Below, piece by piece: positions 19,780 to 29,953 of a stretch of DNA of 64,000 bases. The position numbers were made by a program, and so were the translations under genes. This DNA comes from Bacillota bacterium. Lineage in GTDB: Bacteria; Bacillota; Clostridia; Peptostreptococcales; Anaerovoracaceae. The stretch is from the NCBI GenBank assembly GCA_017431785.1, contig JAFRKJ010000044.1:3346-67345 (forward strand). The letters are read 5' to 3'. The notes below the pieces were generated by a model. It did not search any database and was not told the DNA's origin. It saw only the letters and a program-made list of their open reading frames with translations. The first letter of the stretch is position 1, and every line of letters starts with the position of its first letter.

Positions 19780-20276
19780 CTCAACGCCTTTCCCCATTCT
19801 TCCACCAGTCTCTCCAGCGACCAGGCCGCGTTGGCCGGGCTGGTTGACGGCATCTGTTGCGCCGATATCCCCGTCCCCTCCAGTTGGTACTTGTCATAAA
19901 TCTTTTTCGACAGCGCTCCATTGCAAAGGATCCGCTCTACTTTCGTCTCCGCCAGCAAGGTCGGAATTACCGTCGGCACGACATTCTTCACGCTGCTATC
20001 TGATGCGCCGATGATGTCGCATTCCTCAATCGCATCCCACAGCGCCAACCCGTGGGACAGCACCAGTGCCTTCTTTTCCTCAATGCTCTCAGGCAAAGGC
20101 ACCGCAAAGAGCTCAGCCAGCATCGGCCAGAACCGGTTCCGCGGATGCCCATAGTAAAACCCCACCTCCCGGCTCGCCGGCGATGGGATCGATCCCAGGA
20201 TCAGGATCCTGGAATCCGCATTATATAGAGGTCCGAAAGTGTGGATCACGTGTTGGTAGAATTGCTTTGATTTCAT
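19776..20276 (-). CDS. Uracil-DNA glycosylase superfamily (DNA-deoxyinosine glycosylase-like)
   Basis: LGSIPS, FYYGHPRNRFW, GASDS, MPSTSPANA. Probably leaderless: TGgTATAAT lies 6 nt before ATG. Confidence 0.88.
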   Translation of the reverse strand: MKSKQFYQHVIHTFGPLYNADSRILILGSIPSPASREVGFYYGHPRNRFWPMLAELFAVPLPESIEEKKALVLSHGLALWDAIEECDIIGASDSSVKNVVPTVIPTLLAETKVERILCNGALSKKIYDKYQLEGTGISAQQMPSTSPANAAWSLERLVEEWGKALR

Positions 20277-20345
20277 ATTCACATTATACCATTGTGGATT
20301 CTTTCTTCAATTCTTGCTAAACTATAAGGCACAAAGGTCTACATC

Positions 20346-22241
20346 ATGAAACGAAATCTTCTAAAAACAATTTCAATACTCTCGATTATCGCAATCGGTG
20401 TGCTAGCTGCTTTTGCTATTGTCAGCACATACTGGTCTGTTGGCGCGCTTACAGAAGAAACGAAAGAGAGAGCTTACTATCAGACAATGCGAAGCGCCGA
20501 TGCTATCAGTACTGTATTTGAGAATGCAGAGGGTACGGTCGATACTTTGGAAGTCGTCGTACGGCACGGCTTTGACGCGGACCGATACCAAAATGACCCT
20601 TCGTATATCGATGAGTATGTGGAAGAGCTTGCTCCAATAATCGAATCATCCCTACTGAATGTTAACGACGCCGCAGGACTTTACTGCACATTCGACCCTG
20701 ACTACTTCGGGCGCGACCAGTCCTATGAGATCTGGTATTCCCTTGATGAAAATGGCACTCCAATCCATACGGATGCCAACGTGAACGGTGTCTACTTCGA
20801 GGCATTTGATGATGCAAATGCACCCCACATGCAATACTTCTTTCAGGCAAAGCAGCACCCGGGTGAGACCGTCTGGATTGACCCAGCATATGACCCGGAT
20901 ATCGAGCAGGATGTCATCACCTGCTCAAAAGGCGTATTCATCGATGGAAAGATGATTGGTGTCATCGGCATTGATATTTATACACAGCACACTACTGATT
21001 TGATCAGTGCTTTGGATATTGAAGACGGCGGCGCTGCATTCCTTCTCAATGCAGATGACAAGCAGATCGTCGCCTCCAAACAAGAAAAAGGGCTCAACAC
21101 ACAATCCATCTGGCAGGCGTGTATGAAGCAGATGGCGAACAAGCCGAGCGACATCCTTACTGTCAGTGCGAACCAGACCGCTTATGTCGTCACATACGGC
21201 AGCCTTACAAATGGATGGAAACTGGCCGTTGTCAACACAGAAGCACAGCTATACGAACACATCAATCATATTCAAAATCTCATTCTGGTTGTGGCAGCAT
21301 TTTTGGCGGCGCTTTTGCTTTTGCTGATGTTTCTTATTTTCCGCCGTTTCACGGATCCGATGCAAAAGGCAGAAGACCTATTGCGCAACATCGACCCGGA
21401 TAATCCGTCCAATGAGCAGGAGGAGGATTTACTGCAACTAGTGCAGAGGCAAGTTGACCGCCAGCGCGAGAAGGATCTTCTCATTGCGCACCAGTCGCGC
21501 CTCACAAAAGCCGGCGAAATGCTGTCGGCCATTCTCCATCAGTGGAAACAGCCGCTCAACAAGCTGAACATTCTGTATGGAAATCTGGAAGACGCTGTGG
21601 AATACGGAGATCTCACCGAAGAAGATCTGAAACATACTGCGTCCCGCTCCCGTGAAATCGTGCAGTCGATGACGGAAACCATCAACGATTTCCGAGGATA
21701 TCTGGAACCGGAATCTGAACCTTCTGCCTTCTCACTGCAGCGGACGATTCTCTCCGTGCTGGAGCTTTTGGAAGACAGACTGACTAAAAACAACATCCGC
21801 ATCATTGAGGACTATCAGTTCAATGAGATGCTTGTCGGATACCGGAACGCCCTCTACCACGTGCTGCTGAACATCATCGCCAACGCCATCGACGCCATCG
21901 AGTCCACCGGACAAAGCGACGGATACATCGCCATCAGCACGGACCGCCAGGTCGATGAAACTGCAGGGCCGACAGACGAAACCAACCAACAGGCTGGCGA
22001 CATGGTCTCCATCAAAATCCATAACAATGGAGGCCCTCTCTCCAATGAAATACAACAGACCTTGTTCACCCCATACAACACAACAAAATCCGCTGCCGAC
22101 GGGAGCGGTCTAGGCCTTGCGATTTCAAAGAATCTTATCGAAAAGAATATGGATGGGACACTGCAGCTATATAACGAAACGGACGGCGTAACCTGCCTGA
22201 TCCTTTTGCATAAGAAAGGAAGTGACTCTGATGACAAGTGA
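20346..22241 (+). CDS. Membrane sensor histidine kinase with dCache-like extracellular domain
   Basis: Two TM helices; YF...WIDPAYD...IGVIGIDI; ILHQWKQPL H-box; NIIANAIDA; NNGG; GSGLGL. Confidence 0.9.
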   Translation: MKRNLLKTISILSIIAIGVLAAFAIVSTYWSVGALTEETKERAYYQTMRSADAISTVFENAEGTVDTLEVVVRHGFDADRYQNDPSYIDEYVEELAPIIESSLLNVNDAAGLYCTFDPDYFGRDQSYEIWYSLDENGTPIHTDANVNGVYFEAFDDANAPHMQYFFQAKQHPGETVWIDPAYDPDIEQDVITCSKGVFIDGKMIGVIGIDIYTQHTTDLISALDIEDGGAAFLLNADDKQIVASKQEKGLNTQSIWQACMKQMANKPSDILTVSANQTAYVVTYGSLTNGWKLAVVNTEAQLYEHINHIQNLILVVAAFLAALLLLLMFLIFRRFTDPMQKAEDLLRNIDPDNPSNEQEEDLLQLVQRQVDRQREKDLLIAHQSRLTKAGEMLSAILHQWKQPLNKLNILYGNLEDAVEYGDLTEEDLKHTASRSREIVQSMTETINDFRGYLEPESEPSAFSLQRTILSVLELLEDRLTKNNIRIIEDYQFNEMLVGYRNALYHVLLNIIANAIDAIESTGQSDGYIAISTDRQVDETAGPTDETNQQAGDMVSIKIHNNGGPLSNEIQQTLFTPYNTTKSAADGSGLGLAISKNLIEKNMDGTLQLYNETDGVTCLILLHKKGSDSDDK

Positions 22242-22983
22242 TACTGCCAAACTTACGGTACTGTACGTCGAGGATGATGAAGAAACCAGACAGGAGCTGA
22301 GCATTTTTCTGCGGAGACGTGTCCGTCGGCTGATTCTCGCTGCGGACGGCCGTGAAGGATTAGCCCTCTTTCAGGACCACCACCCTGATGTCGTGATTGC
22401 TGATCTCCTTATGCCCGGCCTTCATGGAATCGATATGTTGGAGGAGATGCGCGCCATTGACCCTGACTGCCGCTTCATCATCACTTCTTCCGTGAGTGAA
22501 ACGGACTCCATGCTGGAAGCCATCGATGTCGGCATCGTCAAATACATCATCAAACCTATCGACATGCAGAAGCTCGATGCTATCCTGAAAGAACTCTCTC
22601 GGGAGCATGATGCAAAGGCAACAAAAACCGCAATGCTCCCAGAAGAAAAACAGCGTGCGTTGGAATCGGAGATTAAGAAGCAGGCAACGCTGTTCCTCAA
22701 GCAGAACAGCGGCAAAGGTCCCCGGGACACTTCTGTCTTTCTCAGCAATGAACAGCTGGAAATCATCTATTACGATGTGCTGAACCCGATGGAAAAGACG
22801 CTCATGCGCAAATCTTCCAATGCCAGCATCGTAGAGCAGTCTCGACGGTACTTCTATCTGACCTGTCAGAATGATTTTCTGCAGATGCTGCAGAAATGCG
22901 GCGTTACAGTTGCTGACCCACAAATAACCATCACCCCGAAGAGAGGAACTGACAAACTGACGTTCCGCATTACAGAATTATAA
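22231..22983 (+). CDS. Response regulator, REC fused to an MpsC/DUF2294-like domain
   Basis: YVEDD, ADLLMPGLHG, KP; C-terminal FLKQNSGKGPRDTSV...LNPMEKTL...VEQSR resembles DUF2294. Confidence 0.8.
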   Translation: MTSDTAKLTVLYVEDDEETRQELSIFLRRRVRRLILAADGREGLALFQDHHPDVVIADLLMPGLHGIDMLEEMRAIDPDCRFIITSSVSETDSMLEAIDVGIVKYIIKPIDMQKLDAILKELSREHDAKATKTAMLPEEKQRALESEIKKQATLFLKQNSGKGPRDTSVFLSNEQLEIIYYDVLNPMEKTLMRKSSNASIVEQSRRYFYLTCQNDFLQMLQKCGVTVADPQITITPKRGTDKLTFRITEL

Positions 22984-23018
22984 ACTAATTCGCCGCGCGC
23001 AGGTGCAAGCACCCAATA

Positions 23019-23047
23019 AAAGAGCCGGGAAAGTTCCCGGCTCTTTC
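23019..23047. terminator. Bidirectional terminator
   Basis: aaaagagccggga-aagt-tcccggctctttc between convergent genes. Confidence 0.8.
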
Positions 23048-23075
23048 AGTGTTTCAAGGCAACGTATTATTGAAA

Positions 23076-25220
23076 CTATTCGAGTGTTTTGAACATATCG
23101 ATCAGTCCGCTCAATCCTTCTTTTTCCTTATCGATGGCTTCTGCCAGGTAGTCCTCCTGCTCTGCCTTAAGTGCTTCTAATGCTTCGATTTCTTCTGTAT
23201 AATCAGCATCCTTGGCTTCGGACTTCTCCATGATGGTTCGGATAGTATCGTCGATTTCGATGGTATCTACATCAGTTCTGCCTTCTGCCCATGTATCCTT
23301 CAGACCTTCTTCATATCTGTTCTCATCAATAGTGAGCGTCTCATCATCGAAGTACATCGCATACCAGCCATTGCCGACAGCCCACAGATATTCATCGAGG
23401 GCTTCCTGCGCATTGCCCTCCGCAAGGGCATCGATGCCAGCCTGCAGATTGTTGATGTTATCCTGTCTCGTTTCATGCGGGAATACGATGGAAAGCTCTC
23501 CGTCTAACCAGAGGAGTACATCCTGTTCTGCCTTGTAGAGCTCACGTGTCTTCTTGTTGAGTTCCGCTGCTTCTGCTAACAGTGCATCCGCTGCTTCTGT
23601 ATCTTCCGCTGCAACAGCTGCCGCATAGTCTGCGTTGATCTGCTTGATCTTCTGGTTCAGCGGCTTTGCTGCTGCAATGAGTTCGTCGATAGTTGCCATC
23701 AACTCTTCATCCTGTACCAGATTTTCATCATAGGATTTCTTCAGCGCCTTGAGTCTTGCTGCAAAATTCAGCGGTCTTGCAGGCGTCTGGTCTAATGCAT
23801 AGACATACATGCCGTACAGTTCATGCATCCACTTCCACGCATCTGCGTCAAATCCAGTAGCTTCCTTAGCGTCATAGCTCGTATGATATCCGAAATCATA
23901 GAAGACGGTTTCTTCACCCTTGGCAGTTCCTACGGACGGAACACCCTGTGCTGTGAAGTTGAAGTCCTCCTTGTATGTGCTCTGCGGCGTCAGATATCTG
24001 TACTTATAATCCGTCGTTGCGATGAGCGGATCTGCGACTTTCTTCGCCCATCCGCGCAGTTCTTCCGGTACTGCGATACCGAATGTGGTCTCGCCTTCCA
24101 CGCAGTATGCACCGTCGATATTTACTACTGCAAAGGCATTCTCAGCCCACTCTGGGTGGTTCTTGTTCACCAGCTCGAAAGCACCGATTGCCCAGTCACA
24201 TTCACTGTCGGAACGACCGAATTCTTCCGCACCGTTGCAGACGAATCTGATGGTCTTCGTCGGCTGATATTCACTGTCGATCATAGCCTTTGCAACAGCC
24301 ATCAGGAGGCCGTCGCCAGATGCGTCATCCCAGTAGGAGTGGAAGTAACCATCCATGTGTGCGAACATGTAAACGACTTCATCCGTCTTACCAGGGATTT
24401 CGCCCCATACGCAGTGGCTGGTCGTATCCATTGTTACTTCTGAATCAGCGTTGAATGTAACTTCGATTTCCTTCTCGCCGGAAGCCTCGATGGCTGCTTT
24501 CAAAGCATCTCTGTCATTAGCACTGATGCCGAATGCAGGTGCGTCTGCTGGTCCGCAGATATCCTGTGTTCCAACTCTGTTGCCTTCTTTATCTTCTGTC
24601 GGCAGTTCTGACATGGCGATGACTGCCTTTGCACCTTTGACCTTAGCCTGAAGTGCCGGCTTGTCGATCCACCAGTCCTCATTCTGATTGATGTCGATTA
24701 GAACCAGTTTACCTGTGGCATCTACGCCTTCATAATCTGCAGCCGTTCCTCTGTCGAGCCAGATGAGACCAACCTTCTCATTGTCGGCTTTGCATGTGGT
24801 CTGGTATCCGCCCAGGTCGACAGTCTGTTCTTCACCATCCGCATTTGTGAATGTCACATTGGCGCCTTTATACGTCCAGCCGTCAACATTGGTTTCCTCC
24901 ACTGTGACATTCTGCAGACCGATATCCTTCATGGTCTGCTCCATGTGGTCGACAACTGCCTGCTCTGCCGGTGAACCTGCCCCGCGGAATCCATACACCG
25001 GGTCATCGCCCTGTTCTGAAATAAACTGGTCAACTTCCGTTGCGAAATCCAAATCCAGGTTATCCATGAATGCCTGGAATCCTGCAGGATAGATTTCTTC
25101 CTTTGACACTTCGGTATCGGTTCCTTCCGCCTCCGAAGAGTCTGCATCGTCATTGCCGCAAGCTGCAAAGGCAAAGGCCATCGCCAGCATCAGCAGCAAA
25201 AGCATTAACTTCTTTTTCAT
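23076..25220 (-). CDS. M28-family metallopeptidase lipoprotein with PA domain
   Basis: Lipobox FAAC; AHMDGY, DDASG, GAEEFG, NIDG, YHTSYD. Confidence 0.85.
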   Translation of the reverse strand: MKKKLMLLLLMLAMAFAFAACGNDDADSSEAEGTDTEVSKEEIYPAGFQAFMDNLDLDFATEVDQFISEQGDDPVYGFRGAGSPAEQAVVDHMEQTMKDIGLQNVTVEETNVDGWTYKGANVTFTNADGEEQTVDLGGYQTTCKADNEKVGLIWLDRGTAADYEGVDATGKLVLIDINQNEDWWIDKPALQAKVKGAKAVIAMSELPTEDKEGNRVGTQDICGPADAPAFGISANDRDALKAAIEASGEKEIEVTFNADSEVTMDTTSHCVWGEIPGKTDEVVYMFAHMDGYFHSYWDDASGDGLLMAVAKAMIDSEYQPTKTIRFVCNGAEEFGRSDSECDWAIGAFELVNKNHPEWAENAFAVVNIDGAYCVEGETTFGIAVPEELRGWAKKVADPLIATTDYKYRYLTPQSTYKEDFNFTAQGVPSVGTAKGEETVFYDFGYHTSYDAKEATGFDADAWKWMHELYGMYVYALDQTPARPLNFAARLKALKKSYDENLVQDEELMATIDELIAAAKPLNQKIKQINADYAAAVAAEDTEAADALLAEAAELNKKTRELYKAEQDVLLWLDGELSIVFPHETRQDNINNLQAGIDALAEGNAQEALDEYLWAVGNGWYAMYFDDETLTIDENRYEEGLKDTWAEGRTDVDTIEIDDTIRTIMEKSEAKDADYTEEIEALEALKAEQEDYLAEAIDKEKEGLSGLIDMFKTLE

Positions 25221-25242
25221 CTGCCTCCTCCTCTCTCTGAAT

Positions 25243-25274
25243 AAAAAAGACCAACGCAAACTATGCGTTGGTCT
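25243..25274 (-). terminator. Leader (attenuator) terminator upstream of the M28 gene
   Basis: agaccaacgca-N5-tgcgttggtct plus a U-tract, between the promoter and the SD. Confidence 0.75.
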
Positions 25275-25368
25275 CAAGTGAGCTTGTTTCAAACATTCTC
25301 AACTATTATCCAATCTTCCAATTATGATTGACCTAAACCGCGACCTTCATATGTCACAATCCGTCTAT

Positions 25369-25398
25369 AATATACTATAGTAAAGCGTTAAATGTCAA
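25369..25398 (-). promoter_or_regulatory. sigmaA promoter of the M28 leader
   Basis: TTGACA-N18-TATATT. Confidence 0.55.
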
Positions 25399-25461
25399 TA
25401 ACTATCCCACTAATTCATCTTCACGCTTTCTTCGCTGACTACTTGTAGAAGAAAGCCTTTA

Positions 25462-26268
25462 TTATCTCACCTGCCGTCCGACGATGTAGAAACGCCCTTC
25501 TTCCACATGGTATGCGCAGGTGGACAGGGTAATCAGCTGTTCCCTGTACTGCGGAGTGATTCCCGTATCGAAACTGGACTCTGCTTTCACCCCGGCAACG
25601 TACTCATTAAAAGTCTCTTCATCGATAAAGCTTGCATACTGGTAGTATTTGAAGGCGGTGGAATCTTCCGGTCTGATTTCCGAGCGGCTGACGGCGAATA
25701 TTTCGTAGTCTGCCGTATATGTGGTGTCTGTCGTTGGGTCGTAAACTTCAAACGTGAAGACGGGGTGTTCCTGCCAGAATTCCTGATCTTCAAATTTGTC
25801 CAGACCGGCAAACATGTTCCCATACATCATGTGGTGACCGTAAATGAGCCAGTTCCAGGTGACGTTGAGCGTTTTGCCTTCGGCAGAGGATCCGTAGACC
25901 GCATCATCAGCTGCAACGACCCGCGGCATGACCACGCTGCCTGCATCCAGAAACGGTGTGCCCGACTCGGAATATTCCTTATTGAAATCTGAGTGCAGGT
26001 AGAACTCCGGATCCGATGGTGTCTGCATGACCGGGTAATCGATCTTCGTTCCCGGCACGGTGATCCAGCCGATCAGATCATTGTTCTGGGCATAGAGCTC
26101 TGACAGATTATGCGACCGGAGTGTATCGAAGTCCTTCTCTGTGTCCACTTTGTCCTTGACGTAAGTCAATAAATATCCGGCACAGCCACATATGACAATG
26201 GCGCAGATGATGACCAGGATCCAGCGGACCAGACCGAAGGATTTTTTGTTGCCTTTGGATCTTGCCAT
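25462..26268 (-). CDS. srtB: Class B sortase
   Basis: N-terminal TM; GWITVPGTKIDYPVMQ, IYGHHM, ITLSTC, GRFYIVGR. Confidence 0.9.
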   Translation of the reverse strand: MARSKGNKKSFGLVRWILVIICAIVICGCAGYLLTYVKDKVDTEKDFDTLRSHNLSELYAQNNDLIGWITVPGTKIDYPVMQTPSDPEFYLHSDFNKEYSESGTPFLDAGSVVMPRVVAADDAVYGSSAEGKTLNVTWNWLIYGHHMMYGNMFAGLDKFEDQEFWQEHPVFTFEVYDPTTDTTYTADYEIFAVSRSEIRPEDSTAFKYYQYASFIDEETFNEYVAGVKAESSFDTGITPQYREQLITLSTCAYHVEEGRFYIVGRQVR

Positions 26269-26841
26269 CTATACTGCCTGTCCTTTCGCAAAAGCTGCCT
26301 TGTTCAGATCGATGAACTTCGGCTTGACGTTCTTCTCGATGACCTCCATCCACTCATCCTGGGTGAACGGGAGTACCTTCGATGCTGCGCCCAGCAGGAC
26401 CACGTTGACGGCCTTGCTGCTGCCCGCTTCCTCAGCGAGGGCGAGAGCGTCGAACTTCACGAGAGTCGATGCTGCCTTTGCAAGAGCGTCGTCAATGTCG
26501 GTCGGATAGTCCACCTGTCCCAGGACGACCGGCATCGGTACGATTTCCTGCTCGTTCACATACATGGCGCCGCCCTTCTTCAGGTACGGAAGCCAGCGGT
26601 ATGCTTCGAGTTTCTCAAAAGCGATGATGATATCCGCTTCACCTTTCTCAATGAGCGGAGAAGCAACTGTCGTATCGCTGATTTTCACGTGTGTGACCAC
26701 GTCACCGCCGCGTTGGCTCATGCCGTGCACTTCGGAGAGCTTGACGTCGTAGTCCTTCATCAGTGCCAGGTTTCCCAGAAGGACGCTGGCCAGCAGAGTT
26801 CCCTGTCCGCCGACTCCTACGATGAGAATGTTCTTTTCCAT
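26269..26841 (-). CDS. iorB: Indolepyruvate:ferredoxin oxidoreductase beta subunit
   Basis: GVGGQGTLLAS, SEVHGMSQRGG, NVVLLGA. Confidence 0.92.
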   Translation of the reverse strand: MEKNILIVGVGGQGTLLASVLLGNLALMKDYDVKLSEVHGMSQRGGDVVTHVKISDTTVASPLIEKGEADIIIAFEKLEAYRWLPYLKKGGAMYVNEQEIVPMPVVLGQVDYPTDIDDALAKAASTLVKFDALALAEEAGSSKAVNVVLLGAASKVLPFTQDEWMEVIEKNVKPKFIDLNKAAFAKGQAV

Positions 26842-26842
26842 C

Positions 26843-28648
26843 TTATTTGTCCTCCTTTCCTGCTCCGCCGCGTGCCGTGCTTTCAATAGCATCGAACGGA
26901 CATACTCTCGTGCAAAGTCCGCAGCCGACGCAGCTTTCCTTGATGATATATGGTCTGCCGTCTTTCATCGCGATGGCCGGACATCCGACCTTCATGCACT
27001 GACGGCAATTTTTGCATTTATCTGTGATGACATTCGGAACACCTGGCTGCTTCACAATCATCGCGCAAGGTCTCTTGGTGATGATGACAGACAGCTCGTC
27101 GCGCTCTGTTTCTTCCTTGATGAGCTTCTCCAGCTCTTTGACTTCAAACGGATCGATTTCAAATACGTTTCTGACTCCGATGGCTCTGCAGAGAGTATAA
27201 ATATCCAATGCAGGAGCAGGTTCTCCCTTGGCGTTCTTTCCGGAGGCCGGGTTCTGCTGGTGTCCGGTCATGCCCGTAATACGGTTGTCGAGAATGATGA
27301 CCGTGCCCTTCGCCTCGTTGTAGACCATATTGACCAGTCCTGTGATGCCGGAGTGGATGAATGTGGAATCACCCAGTACCGCAACCAGGTTCTTGCTGTC
27401 GCCTGTGGCTTTCTCGAATCCGTGCTCCATACCGATGGAAGCACCCATGCACATCGTCGTATCGATGGCATTGGTCGGTGCCAGCGCTGCCAGTGTGTAG
27501 CAGCCGATGTCGCCCATGACCGTCGTCTTCAGCTTGCTGAGCACATAGAAGAGTCCCTTATGCGGACATCCCGCACAAAGAAGCGGCGGTCTTCCCGGTG
27601 CGTCTGTGCTGTCTGTTTCTCCTTCCGGCGGTTCGATGCCGAAGGCCTTACGTATCATGTTAGCGCTGTACTCTCCCTGGATCGTGAACAGTTCCTTGCC
27701 GCCATGCACCGGAATGCCTGCTGCGCGGATCTGCTCCTCAAGGAACGGATTTCCCTCTTCGATGACATAGAGCTTGTTGACTTTTTTCGCAAAAGCAGCA
27801 ATGTCCTGAAGCGGCAGTGGGTTGACCAGTCCGAGTTTGAAAACGCTCGCTTCCGGCAGCGCTTCCTTCACATACTGGTAGCAGATGCCGCTGGTCACGA
27901 TTCCAATCTCCGAATCGTTCATCTCTTCCTTGTTGAGTGGATATCCTTCCACTGCTGCGGTGATGTCATCCGACCCGAGCGGAACTCCGACGACGATGTC
28001 GTGGGCGTCTTCTACAATCTGTGCCAGACGCTGTTCCTGCTTCACGTGATTGACGCGGGCCATGGCCGGCATCGCCACGTACTTGCGGAAGTTCTTCTCA
28101 TATGGAATCACATCGTGCTCTACGCGTTCGTCCTCCTCGACGATTCCCCTGGAATGGGAGATTCTTGTGTTGGAACGCATCAGCACCACTGTGTCGTATT
28201 TCTCACTCATGTCGAATGCAAGCTTCATGTAGTCTTTGCACTCGGTCGGATCAGCCGGTTCCAGTACAGGAACGCCTGCGCCTCTTCCGTGATATCTTGA
28301 ATCCTGCTCGTTCTGGCTGGAGTGGCATCCGTTGTCATCTGCCACCAGCACGACCAGTCCACCAGTTACGCCGTTGTATGCCGCCGTAAAGAACGGATCT
28401 GCAGCCACGTTCAGCCCTACATGCTTCATGCAGGAAAGCGCCCGTGCTCCGCCTATGGATGCTCCCACTGCAACTTCAACGCCGACCTTCTCATTCGGCG
28501 CCCACTCCACATGCACCTCGTCGCCGCACTTGGCCAGCGTTTCTGTGACCTCCGTGCTTGGGGTGCCCGGATAAGAGCTTACCACCTTGACGCCGGCTTC
28601 CCATGCGCCTCTGGCAAACGCCTCATTACCTAACATAATTCGTTTCAT
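26843..28648 (-). CDS. iorA: Indolepyruvate:ferredoxin oxidoreductase alpha subunit
   Basis: YPGTPSTE, KHVGLNVAAD, SSQNEQD, CAGCPH, GDIGCY, GDSTF, TGMTGHQ, C-terminal ferredoxin domain. Confidence 0.93.
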   Translation of the reverse strand: MKRIMLGNEAFARGAWEAGVKVVSSYPGTPSTEVTETLAKCGDEVHVEWAPNEKVGVEVAVGASIGGARALSCMKHVGLNVAADPFFTAAYNGVTGGLVVLVADDNGCHSSQNEQDSRYHGRGAGVPVLEPADPTECKDYMKLAFDMSEKYDTVVLMRSNTRISHSRGIVEEDERVEHDVIPYEKNFRKYVAMPAMARVNHVKQEQRLAQIVEDAHDIVVGVPLGSDDITAAVEGYPLNKEEMNDSEIGIVTSGICYQYVKEALPEASVFKLGLVNPLPLQDIAAFAKKVNKLYVIEEGNPFLEEQIRAAGIPVHGGKELFTIQGEYSANMIRKAFGIEPPEGETDSTDAPGRPPLLCAGCPHKGLFYVLSKLKTTVMGDIGCYTLAALAPTNAIDTTMCMGASIGMEHGFEKATGDSKNLVAVLGDSTFIHSGITGLVNMVYNEAKGTVIILDNRITGMTGHQQNPASGKNAKGEPAPALDIYTLCRAIGVRNVFEIDPFEVKELEKLIKEETERDELSVIITKRPCAMIVKQPGVPNVITDKCKNCRQCMKVGCPAIAMKDGRPYIIKESCVGCGLCTRVCPFDAIESTARGGAGKEDK

Positions 28649-28675
28649 TATCTAAACCCTCCTGGTTATATATGC

Positions 28676-29923
28676 TTAGTCCCTGTGCGGGAGTATTGTC
28701 ACGATTTCTTCGGATTCGATCGCATCCTTGATCAGCTGCTCGCAGTCCATCTTCGCTTCGCTCTCGAGAATCTTCTCGAGCTTCGGTTTCGTGCTCGGAT
28801 GCTTCGGCAGGAATACGGTGCAACAGTCCTCATATGGCTCAATGGACTTCTCGTAAGTTCCGATCTCCTGCGCCAGATCCATGATGTCCACCTTATCCAT
28901 GCCGATAAGCGGCCGCATGACCGGCATCTGCACACTGGCGTCCGTGACGACCAGTGCTTCTGCTGTCTGGCTTGCGACCTGACCGAGATTCTCACCGGTG
29001 ATCAGCATGTTGCAGCCGTTGTCTTTGGCCAGTTCCTGAGCAATTCTCATCATGAACCGTCTGACCAGAATCGTCGTCTCTTCTTCCGGACAGTTGGTCA
29101 CAATCTGTTCCTGGATCGGAAGCAGATTGATCACATGCATCCGGAACCTTCCGCAGTATGTCGCAACCAGCGATGCCAGTTCTTCTACTTTCTCTCTTGC
29201 GCGCTGGCTTGTATACGGATAAGAATGGAAGTGTACGGCTTCAATCAGCATGCCTCTCTTCGCCATCATCCAGGTTGCGACCGGGGAGTCGATCCCTCCG
29301 CTGAGGAGCGTCATGCCTTTGCCGTTCGTGCCGAGCGGGAGTCCGCCGAATCCCGGAATTTTGTCCTGATAAACGTAGGATTTATCGTGTCTGACATCGA
29401 CAAAAAGTCTCACGTCAGGATCATGCACATCAACACGGAGGACCTTGCATCCCTTGAGCACGGAAGCGCCGATTTTTCTCGCAATGTCCGGTGATTTGAC
29501 CGGGAAGTTCTTGTCCGCACGCTTGGCCTCGACTTTGAAAGTCTTGACTCCGCGCTCTTCGATGGCCTCCATCATGTATGCGACCGCTGTGCGTCCGATG
29601 TCCTCCATTGTGCTCTCACACTCCATGGCCGGACTGATGGACGCTACGCCGAATACTTTACCAATCTCGCGGATAATCTCATCCTTTCGCATCTTTGCTG
29701 CCGCCTCATCCGCAATGCCTTCCGGAAACTTCTCCGCGCGCACGTAAATCAGTCCTTCGTGGCGATAAGCCTTCACACCGTCAAACTTCTTGAGCAGCTT
29801 CTTGATGCGCTCCAAAAGCATGCGCTCGAAGTACGGCTTATTCATGCCCTTCAGCGCCACTTCACCGCACCGCACGATGAAGATGTATTCGTCTTGTCCT
29901 GTTTTTTTGATTTCGTCTGTCAT
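28676..29923 (-). CDS. thiI: tRNA 4-thiouridine synthase ThiI
   Basis: THUMP domain, LLSGGIDSPVA PP-loop, GENLGQVASQT, EDCC. Confidence 0.95.
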   Translation of the reverse strand: MTDEIKKTGQDEYIFIVRCGEVALKGMNKPYFERMLLERIKKLLKKFDGVKAYRHEGLIYVRAEKFPEGIADEAAAKMRKDEIIREIGKVFGVASISPAMECESTMEDIGRTAVAYMMEAIEERGVKTFKVEAKRADKNFPVKSPDIARKIGASVLKGCKVLRVDVHDPDVRLFVDVRHDKSYVYQDKIPGFGGLPLGTNGKGMTLLSGGIDSPVATWMMAKRGMLIEAVHFHSYPYTSQRAREKVEELASLVATYCGRFRMHVINLLPIQEQIVTNCPEEETTILVRRFMMRIAQELAKDNGCNMLITGENLGQVASQTAEALVVTDASVQMPVMRPLIGMDKVDIMDLAQEIGTYEKSIEPYEDCCTVFLPKHPSTKPKLEKILESEAKMDCEQLIKDAIESEEIVTILPHRD

Positions 29924-29953
29924 GTATCTGTCCTTTTCTAAGTTGCTGCGTAA

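Noticed and set aside
26822-28300. 492-aa + strand ORF
   Set aside because: Lies wholly antisense to iorA with no recognisable motifs; a codon-bias shadow.
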